Assembly (NCBI GenBank): GCA_965112155.1
Contig: OZ218103.1
Length of the DNA stretch: 64,000 nt
DNA from: Podarcis liolepis
Taxonomy: Eukaryota
Reading direction: 5' to 3' (one strand)
The stretch's first letter is position 1, and the number at the start of each line of letters is the position of its first letter. This document shows, piece by piece, positions 1-10,985 of this stretch. Both the position numbers and the translations under genes were made by a program. The notes under the pieces are model-generated. The model saw only the letters and a list, made by a program, of their open reading frames with translations. It had not been told where the DNA came from and did not search any database.

Positions 1-3000
1 CCCCCTGGTTCCCTGCCTCTGGAGAAAGAAAGGTGCTGGGGAAGAAGATTGATGGCCAGTGAGATCCTGCTTCCAAGGCTAACTGCTGAATCATAGAACT
101 GTAGACTTCGAAGGGACCCCCAAGGGTCATCTAGTCCAACCCCCTGCAATGCAGGAATCTTTTGCCCAATGTGGGGCTCAAACCCACAAACCTGAGATTA
201 AGAGCCTCATGCTCTACTCACTGAGCTGTTCTTGTTTATTAAGCTGAAGCTCTTAAGGATTCGAAGGGCTTTTTTTTATGTAGGCCAACAAAAATATGCT
301 CCAGCTTCCATTTTCAAGTTTCAATCCTTATTTGGCAAGGTTTTTTAACCACGGGTTTCATGCATTTGTAAAATCACAAACTGCTTTCCCTCCTTCCCCC
401 CCCCCTTTAGCTGGTTGCTTGAGGTGTTCCAGGGATGTCTTAACTCACAGGGAGCCAGATCCCCAAACCTTTCTTAGCTATTAGGGATCGGATCTGCTCT
501 GGGGCTGGACAGCTTATTTGCTAACTGGAATAATGATGAAAGATGCACTTAGAAGTAGCCTAGCTAGTACTCTCCCCTCCCTACTTAAGAAGTTGTTGGG
601 GAGCATACTAGGCACTTGCTAAACACTTTCCAAATTATTCTTCTTATTGAGAATAGATAAATGCTGGCGGTAGCATGATGTGAAAGGAAGCACATTGCTT
701 ATGTGAGATCCTTAGATTTTATATTCCCTATCACCTTCCCCTTTCCTAGACTAACAGCTGACTACACAATATAAGTCAACAAGACTCTGGACAGCTGGTC
801 AATGACTGCTTGCCAAACCTAGGCTCATATGTTGAAAATATTCCAAGTGAAATAAGGGGGAAATTTCCACTCTAAACAGACACACCACTGGGATCCTGCA
901 GTACACTTTTAAAAACCAAGGTGCTGTATAGTATAGTATTTCCTCCAAGTGGCTCTCTAACCCACCTTTGTTACTATCAGGCAAAATTGGGACAAGATTC
1001 AGGTCAGTTTGGTGACTGGAATGGAAGGATAAATTTATGTATGAGAGCAAAGAATGATTCATCATTTACCTTTAGGGCACCTTAAACACTTCATGGGGCT
1101 TAGGGTTGTGCTCAGTGATAGTCCTGTGCATAGTAGGCCCATTGAAATTAATGAACATGACAAACTTAGGTCCATTGACCTCAGTGGGTTTAGCCTGAGT
1201 AAAACTTAGCTGAATACAACCCCTACAAAGTTGTCGTCTTCTTCCTCACCACTTTAGCTATATTGGATTCTGTCTAAGTGGCCACTTATAGCTACTTTTG
1301 AGATGAAGTCTTGGTTGGTTGGCTGGCTTGGCTCGTAAACTGTTACAGAGCTAGTCAGCCAGCAAGTTTTCTAATACTCACCTGAGCTCAGTGGTGGATT
1401 TCTGTTGGTCTTTGAGGAACTTCAGCTTTGCCAGTTGATAGTAAGTGACACTTAGTCTCCCTCTCTGGGACAGATCCTGTGCTGATGCAGGGTCAGCATC
1501 ACCTATAACTCAACCAGAAATGATCAGTTTTGGGGATGGCGTTGCTGTATTAAATTACTTTTCCCACATGATGAATAGCACAGACTCAGGGCAATCCTGC
1601 ACGGGCGATGATCAATGGGAGCTTTGCCATTGCCTTTGCTTTGGGATGTGGATTATACTCTAAAACTGCAACCTTGAAGAGTGTATTATCTTCCAATTTC
1701 CAAAAGAAGTAAGCGAGTGAGAATACTGTTTCTCTGCCTCTTTTGTCTTAGCAGTATTAATACATTTACCCCAGAAGCGGAAGCCTCCCATACAGGAGAC
1801 AGTGGGAGGCACATCTAATATGCTGTCTAGTTCTGCAGGAGCAGAGGTACCACTGAGCAGTGTTTGCCTGTGCTAATTTGTACCCCATCTGTCTGTGCAT
1901 TGTCACATCATCCCAAGAGTGACTGGGGAAGTGCTACATAAGCTATGGCTTTGTATGCCACATCTCTGCCCACTCGTTGGGTGAAGCATGGCACTGAAAC
2001 TCCCCTGCTCCCAAGTTTATATGAGTGGATCAGCACGATGTACTGTATATACATCATGCAAATGTGTGCCTACAGATGGAAGGGGCTGGCGGACATCTTG
2101 GGCACAAACACATTTAAAGATCAGGTAGTGGGTTGGGCATACCTGTTGAATCCCAGGCCCATTGACTAGGTCTTAGGTGGTGGAAACAGCAGGAATTCTC
2201 CAGGTGACCTAGTTTGAAGCCTCAAAGGAAGCCTGTTGTATGTACAGTCTACTCCCAAATCCAAATTTTCTCTGGCTTCTGGAGTTTCTTACAGCCACCC
2301 AGCATGTTCCATTTCCCCTCCTCCCTTCACGACTGTTTTTATTTGCATGGCAATGGCCTTTCTCTCTTTTATGCTACCGTTTCCTGCGTTGAATGTCTGA
2401 TGTAATATAGTTCCTATTGGACTGCCTTAAACTGAAATAAATGATTCCTTTTATTAAAGCACTGTGTGAGCTTTTATCTCGCGGCACAAATGATTTATTC
2501 AGGCTATTATCTGATGTCCCTAAATTAGGAGGACAACCTAGAAGAAGAAAAAAGCACTCTCAGGACGGAGAAATGTAGACTGTAATGTTGTTACATATAT
2601 GCTGAAAAAGGAATAAAGTAATGGAAATTTTTAGAAACAAAATCTTTACCGATGAAAGATTGTATTCTCTTTCCCTATGTGAGTGACTGGGTTGTATAAT
2701 TTATATATATATACCCACACAACTTGTAACTTAGCAGTAATTGCTACAAAATACATGCACTCATTAAACGCACTAAGCTACATAAAGGTTACAAAAAGCA
2801 AGTACAGGCTACATCATTACAGAAGTGCATTCAAGCAGATCTTGAATCAAAATCCTAAAATCAAAAAACCCTTAGCAGCATTTTTACAAGAACGACAAGA
2901 AGAGGCAGGGACTACTGGCATGATTTAGACAGATGTAGCAGTCCCAGCTCCTTCCTACTCAGATTTCATTGAGTATGAAGGTCTACTCAGAAATAGATCC

Positions 3001-5637
3001 TACTGGGACTTAGGATAGTGTGCTTAGGATTGCAGCCTTGGTATCTAAATTTCAAATTCATTGAATTCCAAAGTAATTTCCTACAAGAACTTGCTTTTGG
3101 CAGAATTCTCAAGACTAAAGAAAATGTGGAGAAGATAGAACACACAAAAACGGGGGAGAAGCTTTGCTATAAAAATCTGATCATCACAAAAACTTCAGAT
3201 TCTGTTATTATTCACTACAGAAACAGCCTATGAAATTGTACACATGTCAGTCCAGGTGCGCAAAGTACAATAAAAACCCTTTCAAGGCCTCATCTCCTTT
3301 TAATTGCATAATACTGTTATGAGTTTGGGTAGGGGAGTATGTTGTATGCTGAGACTCTTCTACATTCTGGGTCCGGAAAGTGCCAAATTTTAAACAAGGA
3401 TTCAAATTCCTGGAATAGCTAGGCTTGCTTCCTAGTGAGGCGATAGCCTAGACCATTGAGGGAAGAAAGGAAGTGGCTCTGTGCCAGATACCAAATGGAC
3501 GGGGTCCCCTCCCTTGACTCACTGGTAGTTAGTTTAAAAAGAAAAAAAGCCAGAGTTGAGAGGGGAGAGTTGAGGTGGAAGCTAGACGCTAGAATCAGGA
3601 AGCTGGGAAAGCAGATGGAGAGAGCCATGCCTGATTTCTGCTGGAATCCAAAGCTGTGGCTATGGGGGAAGCAAGGCCTTAATGCTCCATCAGGTTGTAT
3701 GTGTAAATAAATCATATATCACAAAGATATCACCGCTCCCTTATTCCAGAGGAAACCTGAACTCTGGGTAGGTGCCTGGGGCACTTGGAAACTTGAACAG
3801 ATCAGAGATTGAGGTGGCGTCATGGGTGTAGCCAAGGGGGGGGCAGGAAGGGGCAGCTAACCCCCCAATCAATAAAAATCAATAAAAATACATAGCAAAC
3901 TGAGGTTCTGCCCCCCCCCCAAGAAAAATCCTGCCTACACCCATGGATGACATGCAACAATACCACGGCTCCTTAGTGTGCTAATTATCAAACTGAAAAC
4001 AGAAGTTGCCACATAAGCGCTCAAAATAATTTTTAAACTTGATTCCTTCATTCATCAGAAGACAATCCAAATGTCTGTTGTGAGGCTAGTCAGTTGTTCC
4101 AGCTCATATATGCTTATTCGTGATCAACATACTGATATTCAAAAATTGACCAATAGGTGAATTCTTTTTCATATGCAGACAAACAGTGGGAATATAACCT
4201 GCAAATATGTGGAGAGGAATCCTAGTATGGATATTTACAGTGGTTCATAAACTGAAAAGGGTGAGGCGATAGAAATGCTTTGGGCATCCACCCCCAAGCA
4301 AAGTTAACATGGTGGAACCATACAGCTTTAAAAATTGATGCACCAAATTTGTTTGTACACTATACCTAAGCATTTAAATGCTTTGGGGTCTTTCACTATG
4401 AAATTGAAAGCCATCGGTGGTTTTTGTGATTAGTGTGGCATGCCTAAGACAACTGACACTATATTGAATTCACACAGGCAAATGTGTAATTAACATTCAA
4501 AAGGCCTGTGGCTGCTGGCAAAGTGTTGTGTTCCAAATACTGTTCCTTGTCATGCATAAAAAGTCATCTATTTTTCTCTCTGTTCTTTCTTTGCAGAATG
4601 CTAATTCATACCATAAGAAGTGTACATACCATTATAGTACTGGGAGAGAAGATGCTGAGCTTCTGCAGCCCATGGGAGCATGGGAAGGATAGGAAACAAT
4701 CGATAAGGGCAATCATTGTCAGCTAATATCTGAAGCAAAGTCCTTTTCTTGGCATTCAAAATACCATCCACTGTTCTTCTCCCAGTAGAGAGCTGGGGAT
4801 TCCTAAACACATACTAATAGGGGCTTAATACTTCAGGTCTTGCATGATTTATTTAATGAGCATTCAGAAAGATCAAGGATTGCTTCCAACCACAGCATAA
4901 TGTCATTATGTGCCAGATCAAGTATGATCTGCAGGAAATATCATGACCCTTTAAGTGGTCCCAATCCACGGGGTTCCATGGGGCGCTTAGTGCATCTGTG
5001 CGTCACCAGAAAAGCAGTCCACTTCTCCAAAATTCAGGGAGTGCTGTGTAAGTAGCTCTTGCAGAAGAAAATTAAATCAGAGAGTTCAGTAGAGCCCAAC
5101 CTTTAACCAAGTGCCAGGAAAAGAGTTGCCCCTTAGTAGTGAAGGACCAATGAGAGTGGATTCACAGAATGAGGATTTCCTTGCCTTAAGCAACATGTTG
5201 CAGACATCTTCTTCCAGGTTTGGTTCCCACTGAAATTGTAGGCCAGCAGAAGGCTGGCAGAGCTGAAGCCTTTCACTATAAACAGAAACATTTAAAATCA
5301 AGGTGAAGTGGATATGTGGCTGAAAGCAGACCCCACTGACTTCAGTGAGGTTGGCTCCCAAGTAAAGTGCGTGTAGGTTTGCAGCCTTAATCTCACCAAC
5401 TGTGAATATATAAAGCTGGTTCCATCCTTCCATCCTAATGATGATGATTATCTTTTAAAAAGTCGATGTACGTGGTGGTCCTTAACAGAGGGGCCCACAA
5501 CCAAGAGAGCTGATTAGGAATTGTAGCTTGGTGAAACTCTTCTCTTCAACTGGATGTCCTCCAAGTCCCAGGAAACAGATATCTCTTCCCTGAGCATAGA
5601 AGACGCAACAGTGGTGCAGCAGGCTTTAGACAACTTT
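1..5637 (-). CDS. Unidentified multi-exon gene or pseudogene (phase-compatible exon chain) continuing past the left edge
   Basis: Candidate AG/GT-bounded exons, with start>end phase: 5472-5637 (1>2, in-frame TGA at 5546-5548), 5101-5275 (2>0), 4630-4729 (0>1), 4133-4198 (1>1), 2143-2208 (1>1), 1770-1814 (1>1, weaker), 1382-1502 (1>2), 819-871 (2>1), 449-504 (1>0), and 1-18 after a strong acceptor ctttctttctccag. The frame is open from 5275 to 1. Confidence 0.6.
88..227 (-). mobile_element. tRNA-Lys-derived SINE with CR1 3' tail
   Basis: Minus strand reads AGCTCAGTGAGTAGAGCATGAGGCTCTTAATCTCAGG...GAGCCCCACATTGGGC (tRNA-Lys CTT-like), fused to GATTCCTGCATTGCAGGGGGTTGGACTAGATGACC...TTCTATGATTC (CR1 end). 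Confidence 0.85.
3440..3820 (+). mobile_element. Degenerate LTR-like repeat
   Basis: TATA-like gtttaaaaa and tgtaaataaa poly(A) signal in an LTR-like layout; boundaries approximate. Confidence 0.4.
3821..3944. mobile_element. Short MITE
   Basis: Terminal inverted repeats catgggtgtag ... ctacacccatg; a related partial copy lies near 54384-54470. Confidence 0.7.
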
Positions 5638-5660
5638 CTAGAGATCATAATGTCATGGTG

Positions 5661-5726
5661 AAGAAGAAGAAGAAGAAGAAGAAGAAGAAGAAGAAGAAGA
5701 AGAAGAAGAAGAAGAAGAAGAAGAAG
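5661..5726 (+). repeat. (AAG)n microsatellite
   Basis: 22 perfect units. Confidence 0.98.
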
Positions 5727-5787
5727 CTATCCCTTCATCCTGAGGTCCCAAGGGAGGTCCCAACCATTATAAACAATGCTAAAAAAC

Positions 5788-5789
<2 letters not shown>

Positions 5790-5835
<46 letters not shown>
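5790..5835 (+). repeat. (TAT)n microsatellite
   Basis: Perfect trinucleotide run. Confidence 0.97.
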
Positions 5836-7539
5836 TACAATTCCAGAACAAGGTGGGTCCTTATTTCATAGAAATCTAATGTAAAGAGATTAAATCTCTG
5901 GACATGCTAGGATGGGTCACATTTTTCTGACCTCCGCCTCCGTCTGCCAGCTGAAGAGGGGGACATGCAGGCTGCCCAAGACACATCTGACGAACAGGCA
6001 GCAGTCTTGGCAGTCTGACAGTGGAAGGAGACGCCAAGCTAGACAAGGACCATGATGATGCCAGGCTCAGATGCAGAAGTGGTAACTGAACCACCTAATA
6101 AGTATCCAGGATGCTATCTACTGGAAAGCCCAAGGCAGGGGCACAGGTTTAGAGACACCTCTGACAGGGATGGGGAGATTACAGCCCATGGGTCAAATCT
6201 GTCCCATCCAATGTCTCAATCTCTGCCCCGCCCCTCACAACACTTTCCCCAGGCCACACCACCTCCCTCACCAATATGCTTATTTTTGAGACTGGCCACA
6301 CGCACTTCCAGAATGCAGGTTCCAATGGCTTTTCACCCAGTCCTTTTTTTTTTAATGCTTTGTGCATCCGCATCTAATCTTGACCCTTTCTATATGTATA
6401 AAAAATACTGATGTGTGCTTTTCATTTTATAAATCTGCCAAAGAATAAAATCAAATAAGGATTAAGGGGTTTTCTCAGGACAGTGGAGGGCATGTGTGCT
6501 GAGACCTATTGGTGGTGGCTCTCACCCTTCTTCTGATAGGAAATGCTCTGCAGGAGGGGAGGACCAAAAATTGGGGGTTGAGGTGGGTCAGTTGCAGGGC
6601 GTGAGAAACATCCCTATTTTCAACTGGGAAATGTTGGAGGTACAGCAATCCAACCACTGCCACCACCCACTCTGATCTTGCTAAACCTGGTAGTAAATGA
6701 TATCAGCAGAGTATTGTCACAGCTCTTTGGCTCTTATGTTCTGAATGGTGCAAGAAGCATCACTGTATGCGCAAATGTGCCTTTCCTTTCCTTCCGAAGC
6801 GAGATGGGAAATGATGAAAAGTCAATCAAAATCATGTTGGCGTGCCACTTGCTTACGTCAAGCAGATTCCTGCAGCGTCTCTTAAAAATGGCCCCTCTGC
6901 TGCTCTGCTTTGTGGCGTTCTGATTTATTATTTACGCCGAACAATGAGGATTGGATCAGAACAATTCAACTTGCCGGAGAAATTGCTTTGTAGTTATTGC
7001 TTCATTATTAGATTCTCTCGGTGATTAGGAGCATTGAGGCAGCTCCTGGGGCAGGTTGCAAGAAGCACTGCTTCGGAAAGGAAGGACAACATGGCTGGGG
7101 ATTTATATATTTAAACGCTAGCAGCCCTGTGCCCATTTAAAAGCAGGAAAAGATGAAAAGCTACTGGAAAGAGGTGCGATAGAATAAAATAAATCTACAG
7201 GGAAAGTGCTGCTTTGTGCTTGGACTTCCTCTGCATTTCCATAACTGTTTTCCATTTACAGCAATGAGCTCGCGAAGGAATTTTAAAAATGCAACAGCGA
7301 CATCTACTTGACAGAGACTGACTCAGCACCATGTTTTTCAGCCCCAGGGAGAACCCCTCATAGCACACAAAAGCCCTGTGGGTCTTTCAGTAGAGACTCA
7401 CAAACAGGTGACTCAATGAATTGCTGCCGATTCCTATTAAGGGACCAAACGGTATGGCTGTCCCATAATAATGAAACGTTATGCCATTTGTTTGTTATTG
7501 GTTGTTTTTACAGATCTATTATAATGGATGATAAAGCTA

Positions 7540-7757
7540 AGCAAGATTATACGGGAGATTCTGACTAAACATTAGGAAGCACTTTCTGATGGCAAGAGCT
7601 GTTCAGCAGTGGAAAAGACAAACTCTTCTTCCTTGGAGGTTTTTAAGCAGAGGTTGGATGGCCATCAGTCATGGATTCCGGAGCTGTGATTCCTGCATTG
7701 CAAGGGGTTGCGCTAGATAAGCCTTTGGGTCCCTTCCAACTCTGCAATTCTATGATT
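7540..7757 (+). mobile_element. CR1 LINE 3' fragment
   Basis: ctaaacattaggaag...gattcctgcattgcaaggggttg...cccttccaactctgcaattctatgatt. Confidence 0.85.
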
Positions 7758-7976
7758 TGCAATTAGCGTTCTTATACCTGTTCTACAGAGTAGCATATAA
7801 TGCATGTCATCAGTACTGTTCTTCAAAGCACAGTGAGTCCACATTGGTGTTTTGTTTTGTTTTTAAATGACAAGGTGCTTGGTCTGATTGAGTAGCCTAA
7901 TTTTGCCTCTAGCTCCCTCTTAGAGACTGTTGACATAGTTATTTGGGTCCAATCAACTCTGCCCTTGGTTCTGGGG

Positions 7977-8975
7977 TTACCTGGGACCTCGTCGGCAAAG
8001 CAACTTTTTCAGGCTAGCCTGAAACTGATCTGAAAGGGAAAAGCAAATGAGGGGGCTTACAGAGCAGTTCGAATAAGCCAGAATGCTAGATAAGCCAGAG
8101 GCTACAAATCCTGCAGGAGTTTGTGGGAGGCTGTGGGTGGCTGAGAGGTATATCACCACTGAGCATGGTATCCACATCAGAATGAAAACCGCCAATACGG
8201 TCAGGATCATGACAGTTGCTTTCCTGTTGAGCCGAATGCTTGAGGATGAGTGGACCACCACCATCTTCCTGAACCAGAGGGAATGGACGATTCTGGAATA
8301 GCACAGGACCAAGAGAAGCACAAAGGGGAAGAAGGCAACCCCACCAAAGAGAACAAAATACAGGTATGTTTGCCTCGGCGTCATCAAAAGCGTACAGTAT
8401 CGAGCATCTTCAAGCACGACGACTCCTTGGTGTATCCAGTTGGGGACAGACACAGTGAAGCCCATGAGCCACATGACCATGCAGAGAAGAAACCTCTGGA
8501 GTGAATTTGCTGGGAATGAGCAGGTGGGATGAACAACCGCCAGGTATCTCAGGATGGAGGTGACCACCATGCTGTAGAAGCTGCAGAACATGGTCCACAT
8601 GGAAAAGCTCTGGCTGCTGACACACACAGCCAAGCCCATCTCCCAGTCCTCATAGACAAATGTGAGCAGCAGCACAGTGACATTGTAGAGGAGGAAGATC
8701 AGGTCAGAGATGGTGATGTTGACCATGAGAGTGTTGGTCATGGCAGAGATGGAGTTGGTGCTCCTGCTGCTCCTGAAGCCCTCAATCAGGACCAAGAGCA
8801 TTAAGAGGTTGCCAGCAAAGCCAACCAACAAGATGAGGCCACAGAAAGAAGCAAAGATGTATCTCAGCTGTGTCACTGTCAGGCCACCAAAGCTGCCGTC
8901 TGTCCCATGAGAAGAGGCATTGAAAGTCTTGTTGGAAGCATGAAAGAAATCTTCGCTGGTTGTTGTGAGCTCCAT
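7977..8975 (-). CDS. Orphan galanin-receptor-like class A GPCR (copy B), 332 aa, single coding exon
   Basis: Seven hydrophobic segments. Motifs: TM1 GN, TM2 SDL, ECL1 DWEMG..C, TM3 SILRY, TM4 W, ECL2 YC, TM5 P..CYSRI, TM6 MWIP, TM7 YSNCSVSPLIC, helix 8 SDQFQASLKKLL; N-terminal sequons NKT/NAS. Start set at MELTTTSE (ATG 8973-8975) because the ORF-track start runs through a (TTG)n microsatellite upstream of a splice acceptor. Confidence 0.9.
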   Translation of the reverse strand: MELTTTSEDFFHASNKTFNASSHGTDGSFGGLTVTQLRYIFASFCGLILLVGFAGNLLMLLVLIEGFRSSRSTNSISAMTNTLMVNITISDLIFLLYNVTVLLLTFVYEDWEMGLAVCVSSQSFSMWTMFCSFYSMVVTSILRYLAVVHPTCSFPANSLQRFLLCMVMWLMGFTVSVPNWIHQGVVVLEDARYCTLLMTPRQTYLYFVLFGGVAFFPFVLLLVLCYSRIVHSLWFRKMVVVHSSSSIRLNRKATVMILTVLAVFILMWIPCSVVIYLSATHSLPQTPAGFVASGLSSILAYSNCSVSPLICFSLSDQFQASLKKLLCRRGPR

Positions 8976-8996
8976 TATTCCAGTGTGAGGATGAAA

Positions 8997-9416
8997 CTGA
9001 GAAAATATGAATCTACAACAACAACAACAACAACAACAACAACATATCATTGTCCTGGCCCCTGAGTAATGGGTATATGTATATTAAAAATTGCCATATT
9101 AATGCATTAAACACAAATCACAGCAATAATAACAAAAATGATAGGATTTCAGATGTATGTTTTAGATTCTGCACTGAGCAGGCAGTTGCATGAGATGAAG
9201 TGCCCTTACAAGTCTATGAGTCTCTGTTCAAGCACTGCTTTCCATTCATGCCCCTGAATGGGTCAGCATCCCCATACTCCGCTGAATCTGAGCATCTCAG
9301 AAGAAGCGTTGGGAGTGTGGACAAGGTAGAGACTTCCTTCCAAACATGAGCCAGCATAAGGGCACATCTCCTGCACTCCATTGTGATCATAAGGGTCACC
9401 ACATGTCTGCACTCAC
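8997..9416 (-). other. Probable 5'UTR intron of GPCR copy B
   Basis: Donor CTG|GTGAGT at 9416; acceptor attttctcag| at 8997, 21 nt upstream of the ATG. Confidence 0.5.
9015..9044 (+). repeat. (CAA)n microsatellite
   Basis: Gives the spurious poly-Cys start of ORF 7977-9050. Confidence 0.95.
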
Positions 9417-10809
9417 CAGCTTAACCCGTGGTTTGGACTGCAAAGGGACAGCAGAAGGTTAGCTTTGACACCAGTCACTGCCGAACCAAAAGATCAATCC
9501 CTCCCCACTACCACCACAAAGCAAAAGGAAACAGCTTTCCCCTTGAGTAAAATGTTCCTCCCAGTTCATTTAACAAGGCTCTAGGTACAGTATTCAGCAG
9601 CAATTGCTAAAGGGTGAAAGCTTACCAGGCCATTGTGTTTTATGAACAGACATCAGAGAGGGCACAATTCACTTGTAAATCATTGCAGCTGGGTTGAGAT
9701 AGAGATCAGTTCTGCAATTCCCATATCTGTTCCCAGCAGATGGTGACTTATATTACTTTGCCTGGCTTGTGGGGATAAGATGTGTTCTCTCTCCCCCTCC
9801 CTTGTAGTCATGGTGGAGAAGGAGGCGGGGCTTGCAGAATAGAGACACAATTTTCACATGTCGCAGCATGTGGATGATCTATGGGTAAAGAGGGAGGGAA
9901 ACAAAGAAGATATTTTAAGCTCTCCTGCAATACATAGAAATCTATCCCCCATGAAGATGCATGGCCGTTAGATATCTCACCAGTATGGTTTGCTAGGGAG
10001 GTGGCTAGTAAAGCTACACCCAAGACAAACCCACATTCAGGAGATAAGCATAGGTCTCCTGTACTTCTCTTTACCCACAGTATATGTTTGCATGTTCTGT
10101 GACTATCCCTGGTCTTCCTGGGTGGTGGAAATGGTGTAGGTAGACCCTGGTGTAGTCAATGTAGTGTTCGCCACAGGGTGTTGCACTACAACTTCCATCA
10201 GCTCCAGCCTATATGGCCAATGGTCAGGAATGATGGAAGTTGCAGTCCAATGACATCTAGAGGACACAAGGGTTACTAACATGTCACCTGTGGGCACTCT
10301 TGTTCCCTCAGGGTTTCTCCCCCCCCCCCCACCAAACCCTAAGAGTAGAGCACTTGAAAATAGGGCATCCCTAACGCCCAGAGACACAATTTTTACATTG
10401 TGAGTGAATCGTAGCAATTAACCTGAGTACTCTCTAAACAAGTTACCTAGGAACTGAACTTGCTTTAAGGAGATCTTGAATAATAATACAGTGCACAAGT
10501 AAAGGAATGTGGAAACCACATCCCAGGCATGTGGAAGAGTGCTTCCTGCTCTTGTACTTACACTGTGAAAGAGGCATACACATCTCTCAGCTTTGTCAAT
10601 GTTAGGTAAGCAAAGCCGGCCCTACCGTTAGGCAGAAGGAAGTAACAGACCGAACTGTGTGTACCATGCAGCTTGCTTTGTGTCCCCTAACCTAGCCTTC
10701 TGCCCTCAGATGCAATGGATGATGCTTTCCTGTTACTAGTTTTGAAGTAAAAAACACAAAAACCTGGTGATCTGGGTAGCTGTTGTACATGGGATTGGGA
10801 GAAGTGCCA

Positions 10810-10985
10810 GGTGTAGTGATTAGAGAGTTTCGGACTAGGAGCTGTAAAAACCAGGTTTCAAGTGCCCACTTAACCAGGAATATCACTTGGGTGACCTTGG
10901 GCAAGTCAGAATCTCTTACCCTAACCAGCTTTGCAGGGTTGTTGTGAAGCTAAAACAGGGAAGGTGAGATATAAAAATAAATAAA
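10810..10985 (+). mobile_element. MIR/CORE-type tRNA SINE
   Basis: gtgtagtgattagag...gggtgaccttgggcaagtca...cagggttgttgtga core. Confidence 0.7.

Noticed and set aside
160-227. tRNA-Lys(CTT) gene
   Set aside because: Mutated stems, missing 5' end, and fused to a CR1 tail: it is a SINE head
5655-5879. Poly-Lys/poly-Tyr ORF
   Set aside because: Translation of the (AAG)n and (TAT)n microsatellites
8976-9050. Poly-cysteine N-terminal extension of the 357-aa ORF
   Set aside because: Comes from a (TTG)n microsatellite upstream of a splice acceptor; the paralog starts at the equivalent downstream Met
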